The translations under genes were made by a program, and so were the position numbers. Of a DNA stretch of 64,000 nucleotides, positions 18,182-28,068 are shown piece after piece. The notes under the pieces were generated by a model that worked only from the letters and a program-made list of their open reading frames with translations, had not been told where the DNA came from and made no database searches. Position 1 is the first letter of the stretch. Each line of letters begins with the position of its first letter. This DNA is from an uncultured Rhabdochlamydiaceae bacterium (GTDB taxonomy: Bacteria; Chlamydiota; Chlamydiia; Chlamydiales; Rhabdochlamydiaceae), in assembly GCA_963712275.1 (NCBI GenBank), contig CAVQHD010000001.1, positions 1,376,001 to 1,440,000 on the forward strand, in the 5' to 3' direction.

Positions 18182-18200
18182 GGGAGGTTTAAAAAATAGT

Positions 18201-18761
18201 TTAAGCGTTGCGGGTTGAATTTTCAACGTTTTGAAGACGCTGCAGAGCTGCTTCATGGGTTTGAATAGCGCTTTGCAGTGCTTGATGGAGTGTTCCAAGC
18301 TCACTTTGGGCTGTTTGAAGTCGTTGAGCGTCTGTTTGACTTTTCATATTGGAAGGGTCCATCAGCGAGGATGCGACACCAACTGCTTTGCCCATATATT
18401 CTTGCGTTTGTTTTGCGTTCTCGGAGATGTTTTGTATGTCTGAATTAAGTTCTTTGATGAATTTATTGGCGTCAGTAGGTTTCATCAGATCGTTACGTGC
18501 CCACAATTGGTAATCCTGAATGGTGGCTGACAAGGAAGCTATTTGCCTAGAGGCGAGATAAGGGATCGCCAGAGAACCTACCAAATTAAGGAGCTCCAGC
18601 CCCGATTTTTGGTAAAGATTTCCTGCGTGCGACTGATAGGTTTTATGAATCGCTTGCGCGGTACGGTCTTGGCCATTATAGGCGTCTAATTGAATACTTC
18701 TTAATTCATGAGAGATGCTGAGTAAAATTTTTTCGGCTCTTTGAGCTGCTGGTATTGGCAT
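18201..18761 (-). CDS. Putative T3SS translocator (CopD2-like)
   Basis: Last gene of the chaperone operon; Ala/Gln-rich helical protein with one hydrophobic stretch. Assigned by position. Confidence 0.5.
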   Translation of the reverse strand: MPIPAAQRAEKILLSISHELRSIQLDAYNGQDRTAQAIHKTYQSHAGNLYQKSGLELLNLVGSLAIPYLASRQIASLSATIQDYQLWARNDLMKPTDANKFIKELNSDIQNISENAKQTQEYMGKAVGVASSLMDPSNMKSQTDAQRLQTAQSELGTLHQALQSAIQTHEAALQRLQNVENSTRNA

Positions 18762-18773
18762 AATAAGATCCTC

Positions 18774-19595
18774 CTAAACTTTTTGGGCTGCAAGAGTTGC
18801 GGCTTGCATGAGTGACACAATGGGTTTTTTTATTGTTGATTTAAGGCGTTTTGTTTCTTGAATGGAAAAATCGACCAGACGAGAGAATAGGTCGGTATTT
18901 TGTTTATGAAATTCTAAGTGCCCTTGAATCTCTTTAGTGCGAGCGGCCGTCCATTCTTTTTTCATGGAAAAACAGCGGCCACCAACGGTTGTGGCTGTTG
19001 ATAGCGACCCTCGAAGCCAATCGAGGATATTCATGAGGTTTGGTGTGGCTTTTAATCCGGGCATCCCTTTCATGGAGGCTGCTGTGCTTAGCAGGAAAGA
19101 AATCAGAGGCAAGATCATTTTTAGCTGGGCCTGCTTCGCTTCATTTTTCTCTGCCAAGGTCTCTGCAATCCAGTCCCACATGCCGTACTTTGTAAAGACG
19201 GTGTGAAGAATGTTGAGAACTCCTGCCGCAATGAGATAATGACCGGAGGCTCCTTGATTCGATGCGATTAAGTAGCTGCCGGCGGCAACATTAAAAAGGG
19301 CAAGAACACTGCTTGCAATTGTTTCGAGATACGACCAAGCTTGATCGGCCCAAGAGAGGCTTGCATTCGCAAGGAGATGGTCGAGCTGCTCTTTGCTCCA
19401 GAGCTTAAGCTGATTGTTTTCATTTTCTAAGCGGTCGATGAGGTTATGCGTTGCGAGATCGGCTGTTTTTGAGAGTTTTTCTCGAAGGTTCAGCATGCGG
19501 GGTATTAAAGGTTTTGAAGGCTCAAAAGTAGAGAGCACTCTAATAGGGGCAGCGGCTGCAGAAAGGGAAGATACAGGAGTGAGGGGTTCAACCAT
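18774..19595 (-). CDS. Putative T3SS translocator (CopB2-like)
   Basis: Coiled coil followed by 2-3 hydrophobic segments; overlaps the stop codon of the SycD/LcrH chaperone gene. Confidence 0.6.
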   Translation of the reverse strand: MVEPLTPVSSLSAAAAPIRVLSTFEPSKPLIPRMLNLREKLSKTADLATHNLIDRLENENNQLKLWSKEQLDHLLANASLSWADQAWSYLETIASSVLALFNVAAGSYLIASNQGASGHYLIAAGVLNILHTVFTKYGMWDWIAETLAEKNEAKQAQLKMILPLISFLLSTAASMKGMPGLKATPNLMNILDWLRGSLSTATTVGGRCFSMKKEWTAARTKEIQGHLEFHKQNTDLFSRLVDFSIQETKRLKSTIKKPIVSLMQAATLAAQKV

Positions 19596-19950
19596 TTTCA
19601 ATGACCTCTTTAAGACGAATTACTTGATCTAAAAACGGCTCGCTGCAGGGAAGCCCAAGGGCGATCCGAACTGCCTTACGTGCCTCGGAGGGATTGCCCT
19701 GAGCCACAAGGCACTCGGCTGCGTGAAAGTGGATAGCCGGGTCGCTCGTGTCTAATAGAGCGGCGACACTCCAAGCCATGAGAGCCTCCGTGTAATTTTT
19801 TTGGACTTGATGGCAAGCAGCAAGCCCTTTCCATACGTCCGATTGCGCTGGGGCAATTGTCGAAAGATGGGAAAAACCATCGCACGCTTTCTCATAAGCG
19901 CCTGCTTCATACTCTGAGACGGCATTTGAGTAGAGGGCTTGAAGATCCAT
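19588..19950 (-). CDS. SycD/LcrH family class II T3SS chaperone (TPR)
   Basis: ALYSNA..YEAGAY..A...F..L; WKGLAACHQVQKNY..A; DP..HFHAAEC. Confidence 0.85.
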   Translation of the reverse strand: MDLQALYSNAVSEYEAGAYEKACDGFSHLSTIAPAQSDVWKGLAACHQVQKNYTEALMAWSVAALLDTSDPAIHFHAAECLVAQGNPSEARKAVRIALGLPCSEPFLDQVIRLKEVIENG

Positions 19951-19957
19951 TATTTTT

Positions 19958-20521
19958 TTAACGCGTTTTTTGGTTGGAGGTGAAGGTTTGGTGGAGGCGG
20001 TCATTCATTTCGATCAACTTGCGAAAAATTTGAAGAAACTCGGTTCCTTCTTCGATAGCGCGGCTGACATCTGAGGAAAGGTGGTGGATTTGCTGCATAT
20101 AGATTTGACTATGGCGTGTAATGCCTGTCTTAAGGGCATTAGCCTCTTCCAAGCTCCACTTGCTCTTTCCGAGAAGTGGATGATCCCAGGCTCTGCGTAG
20201 ATCTTCAATGAGAGCGCTCTTATCGGTCATGTCGACTTCTTTGGCGTTAGGGTTTGCAGCGAGCTGAGTTTCGAGGGTAGATAAAAATTGGGTAACTATC
20301 TCTAATTTTTTTTCATGGGCCTCGAGTTCGTCAATTTTTAAATTTGATTTATTGTTAGCGCGGTCTTCGATGATGAGATAGGTCTTAGCAATGAGTTGAC
20401 CTAAGTTTACCTCGCCTTTGATGGCTTGCTCGGAGAGCTCATCGACGAGTGAAGTTGTAGAAGTGGCGGGGGAGAGAGCTGAGGAAGATGTCACACTTGG
20501 GATATTTGGTATATTGAACAT
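19958..20521 (-). CDS. Hypothetical T3SS-associated protein (CT863-like position)
   Basis: Ser/Thr-rich N-terminus and helical body; first gene of the chaperone operon; ATG at 20521 with GAGG RBS. Confidence 0.55.
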   Translation of the reverse strand: MFNIPNIPSVTSSSALSPATSTTSLVDELSEQAIKGEVNLGQLIAKTYLIIEDRANNKSNLKIDELEAHEKKLEIVTQFLSTLETQLAANPNAKEVDMTDKSALIEDLRRAWDHPLLGKSKWSLEEANALKTGITRHSQIYMQQIHHLSSDVSRAIEEGTEFLQIFRKLIEMNDRLHQTFTSNQKTR

Positions 20522-20573
20522 AAAAACCTCGGGTTGCAAGATAACTATACCACGAAGCATTCTTTTTTTAGAA

Positions 20574-23500
20574 CTAGTAATTTTTATTCCACTTAAATGA
20601 AAATTTTCCTTGATTGTCTTCCTGGGTTTCTGCTTCGAGAACAAATCCTCCTTTAAGCTCGACCTCAACTTTAACCAAGCTGCTCTCTGTACTTTGAGTA
20701 AGAGAGATCATCACGCCTTTGGTCAAATATTTCCCAATTTGGACCGAAACGAGTCCTGTCTCTTCCGAGGCAGAGATGGAGAGTCTGTCGATTCCTAGAT
20801 TTTTTCGGATCGACTCCAAAACATTGGGAGCGCTTCCCCCTGAGAGGGTGACAATGGTATTGGCGAGTTGAAGTGCTTGGGTGGCGGAAAGCTCAGAGAC
20901 ATCTTTGTTAAAGAGGATGCGGGCGAGAATCGAACTGGTGGGCATAGAGGGGTTCGACTCAAAGATCAATTGAGGGGATTTGAGCGCTCCTCGAAAGTGA
21001 ACCGTGACGGTGAGCGCGGGGAGCTCGACACTGCTGGTGATATTCAGAAAGGAGGACTCTTCTGAAAAGATAAGTTCCCCTTGTGTAATTAAAAAATCTT
21101 TGCCTGCAAATGAAAATTTTCCTTTCTTTGTGTGAAGAGTCCCTGAGGCGATGACTGAAAGGTTTTTTCCTGTCATGTGGATATCCCCTTCGAGTTCAGC
21201 ATTGATCCCTCGTCCTTCTAGGCGGAGGTCGTGGTCTCCGTGGATATCGAGGTCGTAGTAAAAAGGGTACGGCTCTGTATAGGTAAGCCGCTGGAGGTGG
21301 GAGGGGGGCTGATTGATAAAAGTGACGGGAAGCGCCGGAAGGTCGGAGGGAAGCTGGTCGGGGATGTAGACATTGGCCTCATCGAGCTCTAGTTTTCCCT
21401 TCGCAAGGGCCTGATCGAGATTTCCTTCAATTGTAAAGGGGCCGCTGCAGGCGCCTGTGAGCCAATCGAATCGGATGACGCGAAAATGGTGGATGGTTCC
21501 TTGGATAGAAAATGGAAGCCCTTTTGTCAGATGGAACACGGCGGTTGATTCAGAGGTCCCTTTTTCTCCGTCAGTGGCATGCGCTTTTTCAACGACGATT
21601 TTCCGTCCAACTGCCTCTGCTGTCACATCGGCCTCTTTGACGGCGATGCCAATAAAAAAGTTCTCATAAAGCCCTTTCTGGATGGAAAGGGGACCATGCA
21701 AAATAGGCTCGCTACTGGTTCCGCTTAATAGCAAACGGCAGGATAAAAAGCCGCCGATGCGCTGAGATCCCAGGTTGATGAAGTCGAACAGCTGCTCTGC
21801 ATGTCCTTCAATCGTACATTGCCCGGCAAGAGGGCGGTCGGGATCGAACTTCAGGTGAAGCGGCTCAAGGTGAAAGGAAACAGGAAGGGTTGCAGAGATT
21901 TCACATAGCTGATGGTCCGTTGCCACAAGATGAGTATGGAGCTGAAGAGTGCCGTTTGCAAGATGGGCTTGGATGTTTCCTTTTGTTTGAATCGGTTGGT
22001 TGCTTCCTGAAGCATAGATATCGGCGTGCTCGAGAAGTAAATTCAAGTGACCTGTAAGCTGATCTGAAGCGGCATCGAGGTCAATGTCGAGCGAAGAGAG
22101 GCCGCTGAGTGAAAATCGAGGAGAAAACAGGGTGAGGAAATCGAGAGGGAAATGGGTTGCATCGAGTTTAAGCGATCCTTTTGAAGGAGTCCATGCGGAA
22201 GAGAGTTTTAAGGCTCCTTCGTTAATTGTCAGGTCAAGCTGTTCAAGTTTGAAAGATTCATGCGAAAGGCCACAGTAAAAAGGGCGCCTCAGCAAGAGCT
22301 GTTTTTCAAGGACGCGGCCGTGCAGCTCATCGCAAAATAACTCAAACTGGTTGGGAAGGAGCGTTAACTTTCCTTGAGAAGTTATTTCAAAAGGCCCTTT
22401 CCAATCGCCCGATGCCTGCAGAGCATAGTTCCAATTGACCGTATTCCATCCCATCTCATAGGTAAATGATGACAAATAAATGTCACGTAGATATGCCTCT
22501 CCGGAGCTTAGTTTTAAAGAGCCTTGAAGGGGTAGTTTCACATGGGCCAGGTCAAGATCAACTCGCGTTGAGAGAAATTGATTCACTTTAAGGTGTTTGC
22601 CAATCGCATGGCAGCTGCACTCGCTCCCTTCAAATTGCAGAGAGCCTCCAAGTTTTCCTGCAAGCTCTGTAGAGGCGAGCTGAGAGAGCAAGGAGAGGTC
22701 TGTGATTTGAAAGGAGATGCCGCCAGTGATTGTTTTCATATCTTGGAGAGACAAAGAGAGATCGCCTGCGGCCTGGCCAAAAAGAGCTGTTAAATCAAGA
22801 TCTTTCAATTCAATAGATCTCTCTGGAGTCCAATGAACATGTGCAGAGGCATGGCCTCCCAGCGTGGGGTGGTTAATTGCCATTTGGACAGATCCGTTCC
22901 AAACATCTTTCTCGGCCTCAGAAGCCATCACAATTTCGCCTTGAGCAAAGGCGATTTGATCAAAGATCAGCTCAGGGGTTGCCATTGAAAAGTCGAGCTT
23001 GTTACCTTGAAGATCTAACTTTCCTGAGGCTTGCCCTTTCAGGCGAGGTGAAAAGCGAGAGAGATCCGGAAGAGAGAGGTGCGTGTGAAGTGAGGTTGGA
23101 ATCCCCCGGGAGGAGAATTCAGCAGACCCTTCAACTTCGATGAGATTGCTTTGCAGGGAAAGGTGATGAAGACTCCAACTTCTGTCTGCAGAGAGGGAGA
23201 AGTGGGAGAATGTTTGTAAGGAAGACAGATGAAAAGGGAGAGGCAGCTTTGCGGCACTGAGCTCGATCGTTCCGGAGATCGGCCTATCGGATATTTGAGG
23301 CGGGGAAGAGAGAAGGAGCGATTCCCATGTAATCCAAGGTCCGCTAGCGTGGGTTTGGAGGTCAAAGGCTGTTTCTGCAGGGAACGCGTAAAAAGGCTTA
23401 AAGGCGTCTTGGGAGCGCACTTTGAGTTTAAGGTCTGCTTCGATCTGATCGGCTGCTTGGCTTCCGCTGCAACTGACAGTGGCATCGAGCTCTTTAGAAT

Positions 23501-24008
23501 GGATCATAGCTTCAACGAAAAACGATTTCGTCTTTTTGCTAAAGCGACCTCGTCCTTTGAGGCTATAGTCCATATGCTCATGGGTTTTCTGATTCACAAA
23601 GGTGATCTGATCAAAGCTTGCCGCTCGAAGAAAAAAAGAGCGGGGTAAGACAAGATGGGACGGCTTTTCTTGGGAGGGACGGGGCGTAAAAAAGATAGTT
23701 GTATGGTTTGCGTGGAGATAACTGGCGCCTAGCTGCCCTCGAAGAAGAGGAAGAAGAGCTAACCTGAGTCGAAGTTGGTCAATCTCGATAAGGTCTCCCT
23801 CTGGAAGAGCAAGACGAATATTAGAAAGGCTCCATTTAAGAGGTAGCTCTCCTTTGATCTCTTCGATCGACAGCTTGATGCCAGCTTGAAGTGCAACTTC
23901 TTGAAGAATGTGGACGAGCTGCTGTTTAGTCCAGCGGCTTTGAAGCAGGAGGAGCGCTCCACAGGCGATAAGAAACAATGAAAGAAGTGCTAAAAAAAAT
24001 TTCTTCAA
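20574..24008 (-). CDS. tamB: Translocation/assembly module TamB
   Basis: N-terminal TM anchor, long beta-rich body and DUF490-like C-terminus (IGKYL..., FSFKWNKNY); adjacent to tamA. Confidence 0.85.
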   Translation of the reverse strand: MKKFFLALLSLFLIACGALLLLQSRWTKQQLVHILQEVALQAGIKLSIEEIKGELPLKWSLSNIRLALPEGDLIEIDQLRLRLALLPLLRGQLGASYLHANHTTIFFTPRPSQEKPSHLVLPRSFFLRAASFDQITFVNQKTHEHMDYSLKGRGRFSKKTKSFFVEAMIHSKELDATVSCSGSQAADQIEADLKLKVRSQDAFKPFYAFPAETAFDLQTHASGPWITWESLLLSSPPQISDRPISGTIELSAAKLPLPFHLSSLQTFSHFSLSADRSWSLHHLSLQSNLIEVEGSAEFSSRGIPTSLHTHLSLPDLSRFSPRLKGQASGKLDLQGNKLDFSMATPELIFDQIAFAQGEIVMASEAEKDVWNGSVQMAINHPTLGGHASAHVHWTPERSIELKDLDLTALFGQAAGDLSLSLQDMKTITGGISFQITDLSLLSQLASTELAGKLGGSLQFEGSECSCHAIGKHLKVNQFLSTRVDLDLAHVKLPLQGSLKLSSGEAYLRDIYLSSFTYEMGWNTVNWNYALQASGDWKGPFEITSQGKLTLLPNQFELFCDELHGRVLEKQLLLRRPFYCGLSHESFKLEQLDLTINEGALKLSSAWTPSKGSLKLDATHFPLDFLTLFSPRFSLSGLSSLDIDLDAASDQLTGHLNLLLEHADIYASGSNQPIQTKGNIQAHLANGTLQLHTHLVATDHQLCEISATLPVSFHLEPLHLKFDPDRPLAGQCTIEGHAEQLFDFINLGSQRIGGFLSCRLLLSGTSSEPILHGPLSIQKGLYENFFIGIAVKEADVTAEAVGRKIVVEKAHATDGEKGTSESTAVFHLTKGLPFSIQGTIHHFRVIRFDWLTGACSGPFTIEGNLDQALAKGKLELDEANVYIPDQLPSDLPALPVTFINQPPSHLQRLTYTEPYPFYYDLDIHGDHDLRLEGRGINAELEGDIHMTGKNLSVIASGTLHTKKGKFSFAGKDFLITQGELIFSEESSFLNITSSVELPALTVTVHFRGALKSPQLIFESNPSMPTSSILARILFNKDVSELSATQALQLANTIVTLSGGSAPNVLESIRKNLGIDRLSISASEETGLVSVQIGKYLTKGVMISLTQSTESSLVKVEVELKGGFVLEAETQEDNQGKFSFKWNKNY

Positions 24009-25774
24009 AATGTCTGACCTATGCTGACAAGAATTCGGTAATGCGAGTCGATTTTCCTTCGGCGATCAAGGGGAAAAGCGACATCAAGCCGGATGGGACC
24101 TAAAAATGTAAAATACCGAAACCCCATTCCAACTGACTTATACCATTTTTCGTCCCATTTCGGAAAAGAAGAGAGTTCCACAAGCCCAAGGTCAAAGAAC
24201 GGCACAAGTCCAATGGTCTGGCTGAGTCGAAAACGGCTTTCAAATGTGTAAAAAAGGCCAAAACGGCCTCCAATTGGTTTATGTCCATCTCTCGGGCTGA
24301 CGGTCTTATAGCGGTAGCCGCGCAAATCTTCATCGGAGCCTCCTAAGACTCTTTTGGGGACAGGGACTGCGCTGAGGCCGCTGCTGCAGATCAGATCGCC
24401 CATCACCTGATTTGCGATCACAAGAAAATGAGATACCGGAAGGTAAAAAGCATATATGACAGAGTTGTAGAGATAATACCGATTGATTTTCGAAAAATTA
24501 ATCGAGGGAACCGTTTTGAATGTGAGCGTTGCCCCTTTTGTTGGATTGAGCAGGTGGTTTGCGGAACTGAATCGAAAGTAGAGCGGCGACTCTAAAAGTG
24601 TAAAAGTTCCATCGCGTACAGAATTTGAAACGATTAAACGTTCCAGTCTAAGTCCCAGAGAGACTCGGTATTTGGTTTCAATGCGCCTCTCAACGCGCTG
24701 CGTCAGACTATACGATCGTTCATGGTAGGCAAAAACCGACTCTTGGAGTGCCTGCCCTTGGAAGACGTAGTCTTGGTCGATTTTCCACCAGTCTGGCACA
24801 AAGAATGTTGCGGTACCCGTGTGTGTGCGGGCGGTGATATCGCCTTGCAGAGAAAGCGTTCGCCCAAGCCCCGACACATTCCGATTCTCCCACCCGAACG
24901 TTAATCCGGGACCAAAGAACGTTTGGTAGCTGGCGCCGATGTTGATCCGTTTATGCTTAGTTTCGAGCGCCTCAATTCTCATCGGGAGCTTTTCTCCCGT
25001 TTGATCGTGTGAAATGACAACAGAGCTAAAAAGTCCCGTATCGAGAAGCTTTTTTTGGGTTGTCTCTACGAGGCGAGCGTCATATAAATCCCCTTGCTTC
25101 CAAGCCGTTTTATTCTTAAATAGTTTTCTCTTGATATGAGGAGCGCCTGTCACAGATGTCGGCCCAAACCGAGACAAAAGACCCGCTTCGATAGAGAAGT
25201 AAACGGAAACGGTTTTTGTTTGATAATCGGCAACGATCCGACGGTCCAGAATATGGGCAAGAGGGTAGCCGCATTCACTGAGCAGTAAGAGCGCTTTCTG
25301 TTCGGCGTCGATGATCTTAACAGCTTCAGCAGGGGAGTGAAGAGAGATTCCAAGAGCTTCAGGGGCCATCGACTGACAGTTTAAGACAACCCCCTTGGAT
25401 GTGACCGATGTTTCAAGCGACCCAATCGTGTAAACAGGCCCAGGCTGAATCATCACAAAAACTTCAACATCATCTCCTTCAGCAGCCACCTGCACCTGGG
25501 CTGTCCCTTCATAATACCCATGAGCATGCAGCGCCTTCAAAATGTCGGGAATATCAGACTCTGCGCGAAACCGGAGCGCATTAATTGAAATGGGCTTTTT
25601 CTTTTTAAGTGTCGTTAAAAAAGAAGCTCCCTTGATTGTTTTAAGAGCCGCAGGGTCATCCAGCCCCAGAAAGTGCACTTTATAATCAATTGCCGAAGGG
25701 GTAGGCGCCGCTTCTTCTGCCCATAAAATCGCCGGTATAAGAGAGACCAAAAAAAGCCATCGCATTTTTTCCAT
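24005..25774 (-). CDS. tamA: TamA/Omp85 family outer membrane protein
   Basis: Signal peptide, POTRA region, LRGY motif, GPIRLDVAFPL and C-terminal SIGQTF. Confidence 0.88.
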   Translation of the reverse strand: MEKMRWLFLVSLIPAILWAEEAAPTPSAIDYKVHFLGLDDPAALKTIKGASFLTTLKKKKPISINALRFRAESDIPDILKALHAHGYYEGTAQVQVAAEGDDVEVFVMIQPGPVYTIGSLETSVTSKGVVLNCQSMAPEALGISLHSPAEAVKIIDAEQKALLLLSECGYPLAHILDRRIVADYQTKTVSVYFSIEAGLLSRFGPTSVTGAPHIKRKLFKNKTAWKQGDLYDARLVETTQKKLLDTGLFSSVVISHDQTGEKLPMRIEALETKHKRINIGASYQTFFGPGLTFGWENRNVSGLGRTLSLQGDITARTHTGTATFFVPDWWKIDQDYVFQGQALQESVFAYHERSYSLTQRVERRIETKYRVSLGLRLERLIVSNSVRDGTFTLLESPLYFRFSSANHLLNPTKGATLTFKTVPSINFSKINRYYLYNSVIYAFYLPVSHFLVIANQVMGDLICSSGLSAVPVPKRVLGGSDEDLRGYRYKTVSPRDGHKPIGGRFGLFYTFESRFRLSQTIGLVPFFDLGLVELSSFPKWDEKWYKSVGMGFRYFTFLGPIRLDVAFPLDRRRKIDSHYRILVSIGQTF

Positions 25775-25890
25775 TGTGCAGGGGCTTTATTTTTAACTCC
25801 AGTTTAGAAGAGGTAGTCTCTTAGCTTTGCAGAAGATTCAAAAAAATAGATTTACAACCTAAAAAAATGCCATTCATGTAGAATCTAGCC

Positions 25891-26790
25891 ATGGCGTCAT
25901 GCATAGAAACAATCAGCCCTCGTGTTGACATTGCCTTTAAAAAGATCTTTGGCGTTGAAGAGAACAAAGATCTCTTAATCTCGCTCATTAACTCGATTGT
26001 AGGACCCGAGGATCAAGTCACCGATGTGACCCTTTTAAACCCTTACAACCCTAAAAATTTTAGAGAAGATAAGCTCTCGATCTTAGACATCAAGGCCGAA
26101 GGCAAAGATGGGAAGCGATTCAATATCGAAATTCAAATCAGTGATGAAGCCGATTACGATAAAAGAGCCCTCTACTATTGGGCAAAGCTGTATACGGAGC
26201 AGCTCAAAGCCGCTGAAGATTACGCTCTACTATCCAAAGCTATTGGAATCCATATCCTCAACTTCACATCGATTCCTAGAGAGGAAAAATACCACAACGT
26301 CTTCCATATCCGAGAACAAGCGAGCCACCTTCCCTATTTTGAAGATTTAGAACTGCATACCATCGAGCTAAAGAAATTCTGCAGCAACCGTCCAGAAGAG
26401 CTCTCCGATCTGATCGTTAAAGTGAAAACGTCACTCGATATGTGGGTCGCTTTTTTAACGCGGCATGATCTGCTCAAAAAAGATCACCTGCCAGCCCCTT
26501 TAAACGATCCGTCTTTGCAAAAGGCCCTCCATGTGCTGGATGTGATGAACTTTGGCCCTGAAGAGCGAGAAGCGTATGAAGACCATCTTAAATGGCTGAG
26601 AATCGAAACGAATACCCTGAAAAAAGCGGAAGAAAAAGGACGAAAACAAGGGATCCAAGAAGGGATCCAAGAAGGGAAGAGAGAAAAGAGTTTAGAAGTC
26701 GCCCAAAAGATGCTTCTACAAGGGTTTTCTATGAAGCAAGTCGTTCAGATCACCGGACTTTCCGAGTCAGATGTTAAATCGAGAGAATAG
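25891..26790 (+). CDS. Rpn family recombination-promoting nuclease (PD-(D/E)XK)
   Basis: DIAFKKIFG, LDIKA, NIEIQ, RALYYW motifs; C-terminal EGxxEG repeats and ITGLS. Confidence 0.92.
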   Translation: MASCIETISPRVDIAFKKIFGVEENKDLLISLINSIVGPEDQVTDVTLLNPYNPKNFREDKLSILDIKAEGKDGKRFNIEIQISDEADYDKRALYYWAKLYTEQLKAAEDYALLSKAIGIHILNFTSIPREEKYHNVFHIREQASHLPYFEDLELHTIELKKFCSNRPEELSDLIVKVKTSLDMWVAFLTRHDLLKKDHLPAPLNDPSLQKALHVLDVMNFGPEEREAYEDHLKWLRIETNTLKKAEEKGRKQGIQEGIQEGKREKSLEVAQKMLLQGFSMKQVVQITGLSESDVKSRE

Positions 26791-28042
26791 CACAGCCATC
26801 TTTGAAGCGTCGAGGGAGATAATTCCAGGAGGCGTGAGCTCTCCGGTGAGGGCATTTCCAGGGCTGCAGATGACTCCTCTCATCGCAACGCGAGGGGAAG
26901 GGGCCTATGTTTGGGATGCGGATGAGCATCGGTATATCGACTATTGCGGCAGCTGGGGTGCGTTGATTGCAGGGCATGCGCATCCGGCAGTGGTGCAGGC
27001 GGCATTCGAGCAGATGAAGCAAGGGTCTACTTTTGGTATGGCCACTCCATATGAACATCGGCTTGCAGAAAAGATCTGCCGCCATCTTTCCTCGATTGAA
27101 AAAATTCGCTTTGTCTCGTCGGGAACTGAAGCAACGATGAGCGCTTTGAGAGTTGCCCGTGGAGCTACAGGTCGGCAGACAATCGTCAAGTTTATCGGTC
27201 ATTATCATGGCCACTCTGATGCTCTTCTTGTAAGAGCAGGATCGGGGACGCTTCAACTCAACCCGGAGGCCTCTTCAAAAGGAGTGCCAAACGACTTTGT
27301 TCGGCATACGCTCTGTCTCCCTTTTAACGACCTTTCCACCTGCAGGCAAGTGCTGCAGAGTCGCAATGATCTTGCTGCGGTGATTTTGGAGCCGATTGCA
27401 GGCAATATGGGGGTTGTTCCTGCCGATCCCGATTTTATGTCGATGCTGCGAGAAGAGACAGCGCGGCGTGGCATTGTCTTGATCTTTGATGAAGTGATCA
27501 CCGGATTTCGAGTGGGTCTGAAAGGAGCGCAAGGGCTCTACGGGATTACACCCGACCTCACATGCCTTGGAAAAATCATTGGAGGAGGGTTTCCGGCGGC
27601 GGCTTTTGGAGGAAGAGCAGATCTCATGAATCATTTGGCTCCTTTAGGGGAAGTCTATCAAGCAGGAACTCTCTCTGGAAATCCCGTCGCAATGCGAGCT
27701 GGAATTGCGACTCTTGAAATCATTGAACAACCCGGTTTTTATGAAGCCCTTGAAAAGAAAACCTCTCAACTTACCTATGCGCTGCGAAAAAAAATGGCCG
27801 ATGAAAACTTGGTTGGATGCGTGACTCAAGTGGGATCAATGTTTACCCCCTTTTTCGGAATGCCGGCGTTAAAGCAGCTCACACCTCTTAATCAAGACCT
27901 CTACGCTCATTTTTTTAAAGGCCTCTTCTCACAAAATATTTACTTTGCTCCTTCTCCTTACGAAGCGAACTTTCTCTCCTCAGCACACACGTCTGAGCAG
28001 CTGGATGAGACCATCGAAGTGATTCAAAAGCTTCAGTTTTAA
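26771..28042 (+). CDS. hemL: Glutamate-1-semialdehyde 2,1-aminomutase
   Basis: IPGGVSSPVRAF, SGTEATM, FDEVITGFR, GKIIGGG and YQAGTLSGNP motifs. Confidence 0.97.
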   Translation: MLNRENSTAIFEASREIIPGGVSSPVRAFPGLQMTPLIATRGEGAYVWDADEHRYIDYCGSWGALIAGHAHPAVVQAAFEQMKQGSTFGMATPYEHRLAEKICRHLSSIEKIRFVSSGTEATMSALRVARGATGRQTIVKFIGHYHGHSDALLVRAGSGTLQLNPEASSKGVPNDFVRHTLCLPFNDLSTCRQVLQSRNDLAAVILEPIAGNMGVVPADPDFMSMLREETARRGIVLIFDEVITGFRVGLKGAQGLYGITPDLTCLGKIIGGGFPAAAFGGRADLMNHLAPLGEVYQAGTLSGNPVAMRAGIATLEIIEQPGFYEALEKKTSQLTYALRKKMADENLVGCVTQVGSMFTPFFGMPALKQLTPLNQDLYAHFFKGLFSQNIYFAPSPYEANFLSSAHTSEQLDETIEVIQKLQF

Positions 28043-28068
28043 GAATAATTTACCTATACTATTCATGT

